From Sarea resinae (Eukaryota), in NCBI GenBank assembly GCA_026026165.1, contig JAPEUD010000007.1, positions 496,001-560,000 of the forward strand: DNA of 64,000 nucleotides, in the 5' to 3' direction. The notes under the pieces were generated by a model that was given only the letters and a program-made list of their open reading frames with translations, did no database searches and was not told where the DNA came from. Positions 38,501 to 50,964 of the stretch are shown one piece after another (position 1 is the stretch's first letter; each line of letters begins with the position of its first letter). A program made the translations under genes and the position numbers.

Positions 38501-41386
38501 ATTGTTTTATCAAACAGGTAGCAGGTCGTTGACAATAAGTAGGGAAAGCCAGATGCGGCGATAGACAGTTCATCAGTACGTACGGATGTATTGATTGACT
38601 GCATTCGGACAACGACAAGCCCACAGGTGCAGAACGCCGCTTTGCTTCTGGTATCAAGCTTAGCTAGCATCGCTCCTGAACTAGTCCTCCACAGTGTGAT
38701 GCCTATTTTCACGTTCATGGGCGCTACTGTGCTAAGGCAGGATGACGAATACTCTGCGCATGTCATAGATAAGGTGCGTGACGCTCTCCTCGGGATTACG
38801 TTCCGAAATTTTGCTGACCCAATCTCCTTCTAGACTGTCCAGCAGGTCATCCCGCCATTGATCCAATCCTTACGGCAACAAAGCGGAGATCCACTTCGGG
38901 GCGCCGCAGAACTATTATTGAGCTTCGTCACCGCTTTCGAGCACGTCCCGTCACATCGCCGATTACACTTGTACAAATCGCTTGTCGAGATGCTTGGGCC
39001 AGAGGACTTTCTCTTCGCCTTGCTTGCCATGCTTGCGGACAAGTATGCCGCTGATGGCAGCGTCCAAGGATTTACTGTGGACCTCATGGGAAACTTCGGG
39101 GTTCAGATTCAGCTCATAGTGGGTTTCTTATCCTAGTACCAATAAGATTAAAACTGACCCGGAACAAGGCTTTGGACAAGTACCTGAGTTTGGCTATAGA
39201 CACTTTGGGGCCAAATCGCGAGCTCTCGGAGCTCCTTCTTAGTCTAGGGGATAAAGACGAACGAGAGATTGGAGATTCGACACTGACTCTTCTCCAATTG
39301 CTACACACCCTTCTAGCTTCAAGACCGCTTATTGTAAGCGTAAACAAGGGCTTGACCCGCAGAGATATCGACATCGGTCAATTGCGCAGCGTGTACTCGA
39401 GTCTACTCGAAAAGACGCTCACGCTTATGGAGGCTGTTAAAGACCAAAAGAAACGTGAGTGTCCTAAAAGCCTCAATGGTGATCGATACTCATGCCACGC
39501 TTTAGTACATGCTGCATGTGCAAATATCCTGGAAGCTCTCCTAGGTCTTGTTTCGACTCCGGAGTTTATCGACTCGATTAGTACTCTTATAGAGCGGCCG
39601 GATGATCAGGTTTGCCTCTCAGTTCTACTGTCTAGACTAATTATGAAAATATTAATGCTGTATAGCTCCGTCGGAAGATACTCAAGTCCCTCGAATTCCG
39701 GATTCGAAATGAAAGACAAGGGGTGCAAACTTCACGGAAGGCCATCCTCGGTTTCCTTCCCCGCCTCACTTATGTTGTCCAAAATTCTCCGGATGTACAG
39801 CTCAAGTGCTCCGCTATTTCTTGTATCGATCAGATATCAGAAAAATACGGAAGGACGGATACAGAAGCTATCTTGGCTAGCGCCGATATCGTAGCAGGCG
39901 ATCATTGCTTGGGTAGCGAGGACGACCGCCTGCGAGTCATAGCACTCCTCTGTCTTGCTTCAGTCGTTGATGTCCTTGGTGCGGGGATCATAGCGGTCTT
40001 GCCAAAGGCACTACCAAAAGCTCTGGACCTCCTAAAGTTAAGTCTAGAGGAAGACGCCGAGAAGCCAGAGCTACACAACGCAGCATATTCGTTTCTGGGC
40101 GCAATCTTGACCCATGTTCCTTGGATGATTACGGGGCCGCATTTGGACACCTTACTTACCTTATCGCACGCTTCTGCTGAAGCCGACATGAACGGTGAGG
40201 CTGGCGCGAGCCGACTTGAAGTTATGCATCTTGCCTCTAGGCAGCTTGATGCCAAAGAGTGCTTCTCGGTAGTGGAGAGAAATTGGGCGAATGCCCTAGA
40301 GTCCGGTCCTTCCGTAAGTACTGAAGTCTCTCTTTATTGAGGCCACGATCTAACTTCTATACAGGCCCTGAAGGAGCACCTGGATCTATTCGCTCTCGCG
40401 GTTGAGCATCATTCGAAGTCAACTATTATGAAAAATACGAAGACCCTGTCAAGCATATTCCTCTTAGCGTTTGACCTGCGCAGGATGCTTTCTTCAACCA
40501 ACACCGACGAGGAAGCTTTTGATATGGAAGATATCGAGGAGCTCGAGGAGCAGATTAACAAGGTGGCTATTGCCATGATTTACAAGATGAACGATTCCAC
40601 ATTCAGACCTCTGTTCGAGAGGTTGCTAGAGTGGGCGTTGACGTCACTGCCAAAGAAAGATAGACAGGGTCGGACTCTACGCTTGACCAGTCTGTACTCA
40701 TTCTTTATCACTTTCTTCGACAATCTGAAGGCAAGTACTCGCTCTTACAACTCATTGGTTGTGACAAGGTCTAACCGCTACTTTAGTCTCTGGTCACAAG
40801 TTATTCCAGCTATATCCTCGAGAATGCCGTGGACGTCCTCAACAATGTTGTTGTAGATGATGATGAATCTGAACAATTGTGGTCCCGCGTCCTTCGCGCT
40901 CTTCTAAAATCATTCGAACACGACCAGGATGGTAAGTTTTCCTATAGAGCTAGCTTACCTATATCCGGTTTTCTGACCACTCTATTAGACTTCTGGCAAT
41001 CACCATCCCACTTCAACGCAGTCTCATCCCCTCTACTCTCGCAATTCGTGCATGCTTCAAAGCTCCCAATAACTTCCGAACTTATCCCTACAATTACCGA
41101 ATTGGCGGCCGCCGCAGACTCGGCTGACCACCACAAGGAGTTGAACGCGGCAATCATGAAGCACATGCGTTCAGATAATGCGTCCGCTCGACTCGCAGCC
41201 GTGAAGTGCGAACAGAGCTTGACGGAGCGGCTCGGAGAAGATTGGTTGAGTCTGCTGCCAGAAATGCTTCCCTTCATCAGTGAGCTTCAGGAGGATGACG
41301 ACGAGAACGTGGAGAGGGAAACGCATCGGTGGATTGCCAAGATTGAGGACATATTGGGCGAGAGTCTGGAGCCAATGTTACAGTAG
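35502..41386 (+). CDS. UTP10: U3 snoRNA-associated protein 10 (HEATR1/BAP28), multi-exon
   Basis: [88 protein letters not shown]. Confidence 0.97.
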
Positions 41387-41707
41387 AGGGAAAGAGGATC
41401 GTGCCGTAAATGATATGAAGCACTTTAGGATAAGGGAACGGAGTCTTGTAATTTGCGTTTGCTAGCTCGAGCCGTCAGGCAGCTGCTGGACACATCAGAT
41501 TAGATTCTAGAGATAGAGTAATCGTGTTTCTTCCTTCGTACGAAACAACAACCGGGCCTACCCGTTATAGCTGTAAATTGTTCCGAGGTCATCCATGTCG
41601 CTCGGCTATCAACTTACCTTCACCTCAAGGCAACAGCTAGACAGGTTCGCAGCGCGCACCATCAGCAATTTCTCGTCCGCGAGCTCGAGCAAGCCTTTGA
41701 ACTGATC

Positions 41708-43757
41708 ATGGCAGCTGCTAGGAGAGGTCAATCCCTCAGGATCGACATGCCTGAAAGTGGAAGTCAAGAGCTTCCCCCTATTGCCGCGGCCTTCCTGATC
41801 CACTTCGATAACAAGGCAGGGTAGGGATATCCTTCGCCCCGCGCAGTATATCATCTCACGCACATGCGCACATATCATCGCGAATGGCTAATGTATGAAA
41901 GCGCAGGTATACGATAGGTTGGAAGAGATCAAATTCGGGAGGTATGTATCGAAACCCTGCAGACAATCAGTGTGCTGACTGTGTCTTTAGTCGAGCTCGA
42001 AGGTGTCGTGGAATTCAAGTCCTTACCATCTGGCCTGCATAACGTCAAGGAGGACCTTGTGTATGTCGCATCTTGAAAGTCTGGCTTCTCCTCTAACAAT
42101 CTCAAGTTATTTCATACACGAACAATATGCCGGCGTCAGCGCGTTCGTCAACGAGCCAGCAGCAAAGTCCGAGCGCAATGCGCTGATGATCGCGGTCGGT
42201 GCCCTGGTGCCTCTCAGCTATGGAAGATTAGGGAGAAGTTGGCTCCACGCGCAACACCTCAAGGACCTAGCAAGGTGACCACTATTGCGTCGACGGTACA
42301 GAACCCTGCTGACGAGATATCCCAAGACAACTGGTGCACGATCGCACTAAAACCTCGGCGCTGGAAGACTTCTGGGAGAAGTATCGATTGCGCGACGACG
42401 TCCCTCCCCTTCTCACCGACTCCTCAGTGGATTCGGTAGCTAGTTCCCAGTTCAAATCATCCTCTTCTCGAAAGGAACCGCATACGAGGAATCGATCGGT
42501 GTCAGATGCAACGGCTCTAGAACCGCCAGGTCCGACCTTATCGCCCTTTCACCCTGCCCTGTCGTTGCCCGATTTCCTTACAGCGTTTGGGCCTTTGATA
42601 TTCCCTCTCCAGCGAGCGGCATTGTTGAGGGAGCGCATACTACTGATTGGGCAGGCCCCAGTTGAGCTAGCTTGTAACTTCGGTATTTACATGCCGTGTA
42701 TCGTGTGTTGGAACTCTTTGAAGCTAATAGAAATATAGTGTACAACATCTCTATTCTCTCAAATATACCCATCTCAGCTACGGAAATCCTATCCACCGAC
42801 GCTCTCACTTCTCGATTACGGCCCTTGTTTTCAATCGGCGTTCATGATATTCCTCTACTACAGCAGGAAGCCATGGTGTTTCATGAGCAAACACGGCCAC
42901 CGTTCATCTCGGAGGAAGAAGTGCCCAGGGAGAACAACCAAGGATGGGTTGCTTGCACTACGGACGATGTTCTAGCCATGAAGCATGATCTATACGATGT
43001 CGTGGTTAGACTACCCCCTCCATACTCCAGCTCCGCAGTGGAAAAGGTGTGGCCGAAGATGGAGACTTCAGATGGAAGAGAATTCAAGGCGACACAGAGA
43101 GACCTTCGACGTTATAGAAATCTTCGTCGAGGTCTGAAGCACCGTCACGAACAAAACTCTTCTGATGAGGAGGATCAGGAAGAATACAACGACGAATCAA
43201 GGCTTCTGCCTGAGGATGCTGTTACAGTCGATGAAGCGTCGTCGGATGGCGATAAAAAGCCGGTGGAGCCTACATCTTGGCCTGCTCTGGCCTACTCATC
43301 GTTCATGTGGTGGGCTTCCGCTGGCGAGAAACGTGCGGACCTAGAAGAGGAAACAGAGCGTGACTCTTCACTCCTCGTGGACTTCAACGATGACGATCCC
43401 GCTATGCTACGTCGGACGAGATCGCAACGACAATCGATGGCCACTGAGCGCACGATGCGCCTCAATCCATTAGCGCCGGAGGTGGCACTGATTGCTTACT
43501 TTCACCGGCTGACAACACTCATGTTGTCGGTGTTGGCAGACATTGTCGATTCGACCGATATCGAAGACACGAACGAGCCAGAGGGAGAATACGATGAGGT
43601 GATCGTTGTAAGCAGCGAAGACATGGCGAGGATGGGCTTGGATGTATGGAGCGAACGGGATAGGATCTTCACGGAGCTTCTAGTGGAGCAGTATTTTGGG
43701 AGGAGGGCCCATGTGCATGGCGGGCGGGTCGAATGTTGCGGCGTTCGCATCTGTTGA
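41708..43757 (+). CDS. DENND11/LCHN/Anr2-like DENN protein with a DUF4484-type C-terminus, multi-exon
   Basis: FLIHFDNKAGYTI, VEFKSLPSGLH, YGRLGRSWLH, HPALSL..FGPLIFPLQRAALLR, LAYSSFMWWASAGE, IAYFHRLT, MGLDVWS. Confidence 0.8.
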
Positions 43758-43928
43758 TGGTGAGATACTTTCCCTATGATCGATTGAGCACAATGTAGGA
43801 TGGCGTTGAGGCAGACGGATGATCTACATGATGATCTCGATTGATCAGAAAGGCATGGGATAGGAGTTTCAAGGTTGATGTCCTGGTGGATCTTCGGCGA
43901 TAGCGATAGGATAGGTCCGAAGATGCTC

Positions 43929-43989
43929 AAGTGCCCCCAAGTGCCCAAGTGCCCGAGTGCCAAAAGTGCCAAAAGTGCCAAAGTGTCCT
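43929..43989 (+). promoter_or_regulatory. Tandem AAGTGCC array ending in a UPRE-consensus site
   Basis: About 7 imperfect 8-10 nt units. The last, CAAAGTGTCCT (43979-43989), fits the HacA-type consensus CANRNTGKCCT. Confidence 0.5.
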
Positions 43990-44331
43990 TTCGCGAACTT
44001 TGCAGCTCTGGCCAATCAGCGTTTCATCCACGCCGAGCTGGAGAGCTCCATGCGCAGAGTACTTTGTAACTTCGTACACCACCTTGCTCGATGTGAAGGC
44101 AACAAGAAGACCATTTCCACGACAATCGAGAAAGACCGCAACGTCAATCGCAACCTGTCCTTACGGCGCATTTGCACTTTTTTAGATACTCATGCCTCTG
44201 TGAGCCCGAAGGTCTATACACACGTTACACATGTCCACCAATCTTGTCTGAAGGATCCGTCGGTCTTGCCCTGTGCGCCCTCGGCTCGTTTTCCTGCTCG
44301 AGTCTCCCTCCCTCGTTCGCGGCCTCACAAG

Positions 44332-47300
44332 ATGGCTCCCTCTGGTCGAAGACGTGGCACTAGTCCGCGCATCAGCTTCTTCGTCATTCTATTATCGTGC
44401 TTCATCTTCTTCGCCACGACGGCCTCTGCAGCCTCTGCGGTCCTAGGTGTCGATCTTGGAACCGAATATATCAAAGCAGCCCTCGTCAAGCCTGGCATAC
44501 CGCTCGAGATCGTGCTCACGAAAGACTCGAAGCGCAAGGAAACTGCAGCGCTAGCTTTCAAGCCCACCAAATCCACCTCGAATAAGGCTCCTGGGTTTCC
44601 CGAGAGAATATATGGTGGAGATGCCGTTGCACTTTCCGCCAGATTCCCAGACGACGTCTACCCAAACCTGAAGCCACTGCTCGGCTCGTTAGTCGATGGC
44701 AGCGATGTGGTGGAGGATTACAAGGCACGACATCCTGCTTTAGGTCTGGTCAAAAACAAAGCCAGAGGGACCGTGGCATTCAACAGCAAGAAGTTTGGAT
44801 CGAAGGAGCAACAGTTCTCGGTGGAGGAACTGTTGGCCATGGAACTACAGAACATCAAAGGAAATGCGGAAGCTCTAGCTGGTAGTGGCACCTCCATTCA
44901 AAATGTGGTGATCACAATTCCGGTCTTCTATACGGCGGAGGAGCGACGAGCCGTGGAGCTGGCTGCGGAGTTGGCGGACTTGAATGTGCTTGCGCTTGTC
45001 AGCGACGGTCTAGCTGTTGGTCTGAACTACGCAACTTCCAGGACCTTCCCTGTTGTGAGCGATGGGGCAAAGCCGGAATACCATTTGGTTTTTGACATGG
45101 GAGCCGGGTCTACAAGTGCTACGGTCCTGAAGTTCCAGGGTAGGACTGTCAAGGAAGGTCGCTTGAATAAGACTATCCAGGAAGTCAATGTTCTGGGGTC
45201 TGGCTGGGACAAGACTCTCGGAGGGGACGCGCTTAACGCAGTCTTGGTTGACGACATGGTCAGCCACTTCGTCGACTCGCCTAAAGCCAAAAAAGCTGGC
45301 ATTGCTCGAGATGCTGTGAAGAAGCACGGAAGGACAGCGGCAAAGCTATGGAAAGAAGCGGAGAGATTACGGCAAGTTTTGAGCGCCAATAGCGAGACAA
45401 TGGCATCTTTCGAAGGTCTTTACGATGATATCGACTTCCGTCACAAGATCTCTCGCGCCACTTTCGAGAAACTGGCCGTCTCCTATGCCGAACGCATCGA
45501 TAAGCCTATCAAACAGGCTCTTGATATGGCGAAGCTCTCAATGGATGATCTTGACTCCGTTATCTTACATGGCGGTGCTATTCGTACCCCATTTGTCCAG
45601 AAACGACTGGAGACCATCTTCGGCGACCCTGCCAAATTGCGAAGCAATGTCAACTCTGACGAAGCTGCTGTGTTCGGCGCAGCATTCAAGGGCGCTGGCC
45701 TGAGCCCAAACTTTAGGGTCAAGGATATCAGAAGTGGTGATAGCCCCGGTCATGCCGTTGGTGTCAGTTGGACGTCCGAAGGAAAAGATCGGCATCAGAA
45801 GCTCTTTACGCCAACCTCCCAGATTGGCGTGGAGAAGCAAATCCATTTCAAGAATGTCAAGGATTTTACCTTTTCGCTCTATCAGCAAGTTCCTTCCGGC
45901 GATTCGGTTGAAGATCTCCCTGTGGCCAATATTCAAACTCGAAATCTCACTGCGTCAGTTGCTAAGCTCACTGACAAGTTCGGCTGTAAAACCGAAGATA
46001 TTAGCACAAAGTTTTCGATTCGTCTCAGCCCCGCCAATGGTCTGCCAGAGGCCCTGAATGGGTACGTCGGCTGTGAAGTGGAGGATACCGATAAGAAAGG
46101 AGGGGTGGTGGACGACGTCAAGGGATTTTTCGGATTCGGGTCTAAAGATGGAGAGCAGAAGCCATTGAGTGAGAGCGACGAGCCTATCGAAGAATCGATT
46201 CCGGCCCAAGACGCACAATCGGCGACGTCGGCACAAACGGAAAGCCCATCCGCGTCCGAAACCCCTGAGCCAAAGGCCGATAGCAAAGCCAAGGCACCTA
46301 AAATGAAGACTGAAGTCATTTACTTGAGCTTTAGTTCTGAGCCTGCGGGTAGACCCCAAATACCAAAAGCGGAGCTCGCGAAGATCAAGGATAGGTGTGT
46401 AATAATCCATTTGATCCGTTGCATCAGCTGACTTGTGCTAGAATGACTGCCTTTGACGCTTCCGATGCTGCTCGCCGGCACCGCGAGGAAATCTTGAATC
46501 ATCTAGAAAGCTTTACTTATCGCTGCCGAGATCTCATCACGGACGAGTCCTTTATTAGTTCATCTACCGAGGCGCAACGTACTGAGATCGAGACTCGATT
46601 GCACGACACTAGCGAATGGCTCTATGGCGAGGGCGCAGATGCCGACTACAATACGCTTCAGGCAAGGCTGAAGGAGCTGAAGGGCCTGGTTGAGCCCATC
46701 CAAAACAGGAGGGATGAGGCAGCCAAGCGAACCGAGAGGGTACAACATATGAAAGATGCCCTGGATCAGACCAAGTCTTTCATCAGCGTCGTTCGAGAGC
46801 AGGCCGAGAAGGCTGCCACTTCGACTGCGGTCGAATCACAGACCACGGCTACACCGTCTCCAACAAGCGATGACTTTGCTGATCTCGACGACGAGACCAC
46901 CTCGGCCGAAACCTCAGCGACCCCGTCACCACGAAATGCAATGCCCGACTATACTCCTGAAGACCTGGCTAGCATCTCCACTTCCTACGAGGTGATTGAA
47001 CAATGGTTCACCACCAGGCTCGCTGAGCAGGAGAAGCTTCAAGCCCACGAAGATCCGATTTTGCTAGCGGCCGACATTGAAGCCAAAGTCAAGGAGCTCA
47101 ATTCGGCCGTGACCGAAGTCCTGCAGCGGAAGTTGCGCTCTGCTCCAAAGCGAGGAAGCACCAAGCCAAAGCCGAACAAGAGTAAGAAGACTTCGAGCGC
47201 GACGTCATCCACGACGGCGGAGACCGGAAAGCCAACGGGGTCCGAGAAGCCTCCGGTGATCAAGGTTGGCGAGGGCGGAGAGATGCCCAGTGAGGAGGAG

Positions 47301-47351
47301 ATCTTAGAAGCTATCGCCCGAGCTAACGGGGAAAAGCATGATGAGCTGTAG
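44332..47351 (+). CDS. LHS1: ER lumenal Hsp70-family nucleotide exchange factor Lhs1/GRP170
   Basis: Signal peptide, VLGVDLGTEYIKAALVKPGIPLEIVLTKDSKRKE, FDMGAGST, LHGGAIRTPFVQ, C-terminal HDEL. Intron 46395-46441. Confidence 0.96.
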
Positions 47352-47633
47352 TTGTCCATAGAATTGTTTTCAGCATCTTGGCGTCTTTCTTTTGCGGCTC
47401 TCCGAGGATGAATGGATGAGGTAAGATGGATGAATCTTCTGTACCATTCTAGCATATCACGGTGGGATGGATATATATCGAATTTTCTGTCATTGGCGGC
47501 CTGTCAGTGACGACAGATAAGATCATTGACGCCAAATGACTTCACACTGCATGCGACGTGCATATGTGGGGGAGTTGATTGGAATGGATCCAATGTGATA
47601 GGGAGACCCTGCGTGAAGAGGCCAAACCACTTT

Positions 47634-47667
47634 ACGCGTCCCGGGTCGCGTCGTGTAACCGACGCGT
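47634..47667. promoter_or_regulatory. MCB element cluster
   Basis: ACGCGT at 47634 and 47662, TCGCGT at 47646, upstream of the RNR-inhibitor gene. Confidence 0.6.
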
Positions 47668-48002
47668 TTCCCGGCTGTCATGTTCCGGATCCGGCTTGGC
47701 TCTGGCTGTAGGTCGAACCCTCCCGCCAGAACCGGAATTGGCCCGGAATTCAATGGAAGAATGTGAACAACATCCGTCACCCATCACCTACTCCTACGCT
47801 GTACCTCAACATAAGCTGCCCCACCACCACTTCGTCACCCCTTTGACACTTCGACACCACATCGATTGATCCCTTGATCAGGCTTATCGCAGCCCCAAAA
47901 CGACGCCCGATCGCTCGCACTGCCAATCCAACTTCTTCACAACCTGCGAAATCTACACCTCTCCACCGCCCTGAACCGAAACCCTGAGACATACACGCCA
48001 TC

Positions 48003-48842
48003 ATGCCTTCCGCAACCAACCAGCACCAGCACAAGCGACGCTTCCAGCAGCCAGACATCACCTCCTATTTCAGCCGCAGCACCTCATCCTCTACCCGTGG
48101 ATCCACGCCCATCATCCTGCCCGATCGCTCCAGTCCCCTCCCTGCTGCACCGATCCAATCTTCGCTCCTGAACGTCGGCATGCGAGTGCGCAAATCCGTG
48201 CCCGACGGCTACAGGACGACCAAAGCGAGCCGCAAAATGCTGAGCAAATCCGTCGCTCCTCCTGTCACCGTCGGTGCCGCGCAGACAAGCTCAAGAAATG
48301 CGCCGACTTCTCGCGCAGAACTCACGCCCTTTTGCGGAATCTTGAAAACCGGCGGCTATGACTCTCCATCCCAGATGTCGCCTCAATTCGGTTCGTCTAG
48401 CGCCTCCCTCGACAGCGATATGGAGGATGTCATCCAAGAACTCCCCCAGCTTGTCTTTGACGGCGAAGGCATAGACGGCTACGATGGCCCCGACTTCACT
48501 TCGAGCCAGGAATCAAACGACACTGTTTCCACCGTCCCTGACGGGGCGCCTGTAGCCGGCATGACAGAACCCAATCTGGACACGCTGTTCGGCAACCGAA
48601 AAAGGCCTTTCTTTTTTCAGGAGAACGATTTCGCCGACAGCGGTGACCTGTATTCGGCAGCACAGGGAGATTCGTATCTGGAAGACGGCTTATCTGCGAG
48701 AGGGAGCGTGCCCGAGCTGGCGCCGACGGCCATTGTTGGACGCAACGACGACAATGACGCCTTTGATTTCGGGGAGGCGGACTTTTTGAGCATGGGCGAG
48801 TGGGAGGACGAGAACGAGAATGAGGTCCTGGTGTCTACGTAG
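48003..48842 (+). CDS. Spd1/Dif1-like ribonucleotide reductase inhibitor (intrinsically disordered), 279 aa
   Basis: IQSSLLNVGMRVRKSVPDGY Hug/RNR-inhibitor motif, ELTPFCGI, acidic DFGEADFL tail, N-terminal QPDITSYF. Confidence 0.85.
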   Translation: MPSATNQHQHKRRFQQPDITSYFSRSTSSSTRGSTPIILPDRSSPLPAAPIQSSLLNVGMRVRKSVPDGYRTTKASRKMLSKSVAPPVTVGAAQTSSRNAPTSRAELTPFCGILKTGGYDSPSQMSPQFGSSSASLDSDMEDVIQELPQLVFDGEGIDGYDGPDFTSSQESNDTVSTVPDGAPVAGMTEPNLDTLFGNRKRPFFFQENDFADSGDLYSAAQGDSYLEDGLSARGSVPELAPTAIVGRNDDNDAFDFGEADFLSMGEWEDENENEVLVST

Positions 48843-49052
48843 GGACTTTTCCCGATCTTTTATGAATGGGAATTTCCCACACGCAAGGGTGCTTTTATCT
48901 GGAGTCTGAGTAGATGGTGAAGAGAGGCGTTTTTCAATTTTCCTCGGAAAAGGAGGGTGGGATGGAATCGGATGGGAAGAATCACTCGAGTTGAAGCGGA
49001 CTGTTGGTCTCAGGAGACCGATAGCATAGTTTACTGAGATCCTTCCGGAGTC

Positions 49053-49356
49053 ATGAGACCTGCTCGGCTTGGGCTGGAGTGAACGACAACAAAGGGATGG
49101 CGATCAAGAGGCGCGAGAAGAACAATGGCAAAGTGAACTGTTATACATTCACCGGCACTGCTCTCATGGCTATCTCTATACCTACCTTATCTGATGAGAC
49201 GTGGCTTAGCTTGGGCTGGAGTGAACGGGAAAGAAGGGATGGCGTTTCAGGGGCGCGAGAAGAATAGTAGCAAACAAATTTGCTATACATCACCAGCACG
49301 GCTCTCATAGCTATCGCTACCAATATCGCTATCACTATCACTATACCTACCTTATT
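49053..49356. repeat. Diverged tandem duplication, period ~141 bp
   Basis: Units start at 49053 and 49194 and share GCTTGGGCTGGAGTGAACG, AAGGGATGGCG, GGCGCGAGAAGAA, GCTCTCAT and CTATACCTACCTTAT. Confidence 0.9.
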
Positions 49357-49414
49357 CTAACACCCCCCCCTAAGCCCTTAGACCAACCACACAGAGCACT
49401 ACGGCCGAGGCTCG

Positions 49415-50625
49415 GGCTTGGCTTGCGCTTGGTTTGGTTTGGCTTGTACGATAGACATATACTTCTCTTCTCTTCTCTTCTCTTCTCCGACATGCTCGCT
49501 CGCACACTCCTCTCTCTCTCTCTCTCTCATCCATCAATCAAATCCAATCAAATCTAACCCAATACCTCTCCTACCTCTCCTACCTCCGCGCCCTCTCCCA
49601 CCTCCGTCGCCCTCTCTATCACGTAGAGGAATTCTCTGTCACGTTGGTGCAATGAAATGAATGGATGGATATGGTATCAAAACGCGTACTTTGTATTTTG
49701 TACTTTGTACTTCGTGCGCACGTAGGCTATTGAGGCGTGAGGCGTGAGGTGTGTGGTATGTGGTGTGGGTGATACAGAAGAGTAGAAAAAGAGGGAAAGA
49801 GGAAAGGGAAAGAGGAAAAGAGGAAGAAGAGGGAAGGAGGAAAAAGAGGAAAAAGAGAGGCAAGGGGGAAAGAGAAGAGGGTGGAAATATACGTCTATCG
49901 CAAAGAGAAAACCGGGGACTTGAGTGCATGGGGATGCCTTGTCGTTGTCGTTGTCATCACTATCATCGAGCGTCACTATCATCACTATCAGCATTATCAC
50001 TACCATCAAGTGTCAACATCAGGATCAGGCTCAAGACCAGCCACCTACGTCGACTCGGGACGCCACCAGAGGGTTCAAAGAGTCTCCGAGAGCTCAGAGG
50101 GTAGGGGTGGGGTTTGAGATGGATTGGGATGGGATGGGATAGGATGAGACGAGATGCGATGTAGTGGTAGAGGAGAAGGTAGAAGCGGGAAGGAAAGTAA
50201 CGAGTCAACCAATCAAGTAATCGATCAATCAGCCGATCATTCAAGCCGATTGATGCTGGTAGATTGCTATCAAACGGTTCGTTTCGAGAGATTGGTTTCA
50301 ATTGTATCTGTTGTTGAATGACTGACTGACTGCCTGACTGACTGCCTGACTGATCCCGAATTGCCCATGGATGGATGGAAGGAAAACAGTAGCACAGTAA
50401 GTAAGAAACCGGCAAGCAAGCAAGCAAGCAAGCATCAAGCGGTACAACATATCATCGCGTCAAGAAACACCACCCCCATCCATGAGAAAACCCAGGCCAA
50501 GCCCAAGCCAAGCAAGCAAGCCATGGTCTCGGCCGGGCGGCGGCCCAATAAGAATATCAATGAATAGACCTCCCATACATGCAGGCTCTTTACAAGACGA
50601 CTGCGACTGCGACTGCGACTGCGAA
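49415..50625. repeat. Dense microsatellite/low-complexity island: (CT)n, polypurine tract ~49777-49880, (ATC)n, (GGGAT)n, (TGAC)n, (GCAA)n, (GACTGC)n
   Basis: Read directly from the sequence. Confidence 0.9.
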
Positions 50626-50964
50626 CGAAAAAAGGGGTACGGCCACGACGCGACCAGAGACGCCAGGTACGTGATCTCCACGCATGAGCGGCAAGAATAT
50701 CGACTTGGTTGTTAGACGCCAAGCGATTCGTTTTCCGGGGGCCTCGCTGGCCGATAGGGACTGGGCTTGAAGACATATCGAATCGCTCCACTGAAGCAGT
50801 AACTATATCAATTGGCCAGCATAGACCGATAAAATCTTGTCCATCACCTTGAGTAACGCCAGAGGGGCCGGTCGTGTTGGCGAAGCGTGACGAAGGCCAG
50901 ATTCGTGGCATTGATACCAAGAAAGAACACAAACTCTGCCGCATCCAGGATAGCATATGCCATC

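Noticed and set aside
7836..47351. Proteostasis gene cluster (ATG27, HSP104, LHS1)
   Set aside because: The genes are far apart and interspersed with unrelated housekeeping genes
49053..49356. CRISPR-like repeat-spacer pattern
   Set aside because: Eukaryotic context, only two units, and the intervening sequences are homologous rather than unique spacers
49418..50956. Several 60-170 aa ORFs in the low-complexity island
   Set aside because: Translations of microsatellites with no coding signature
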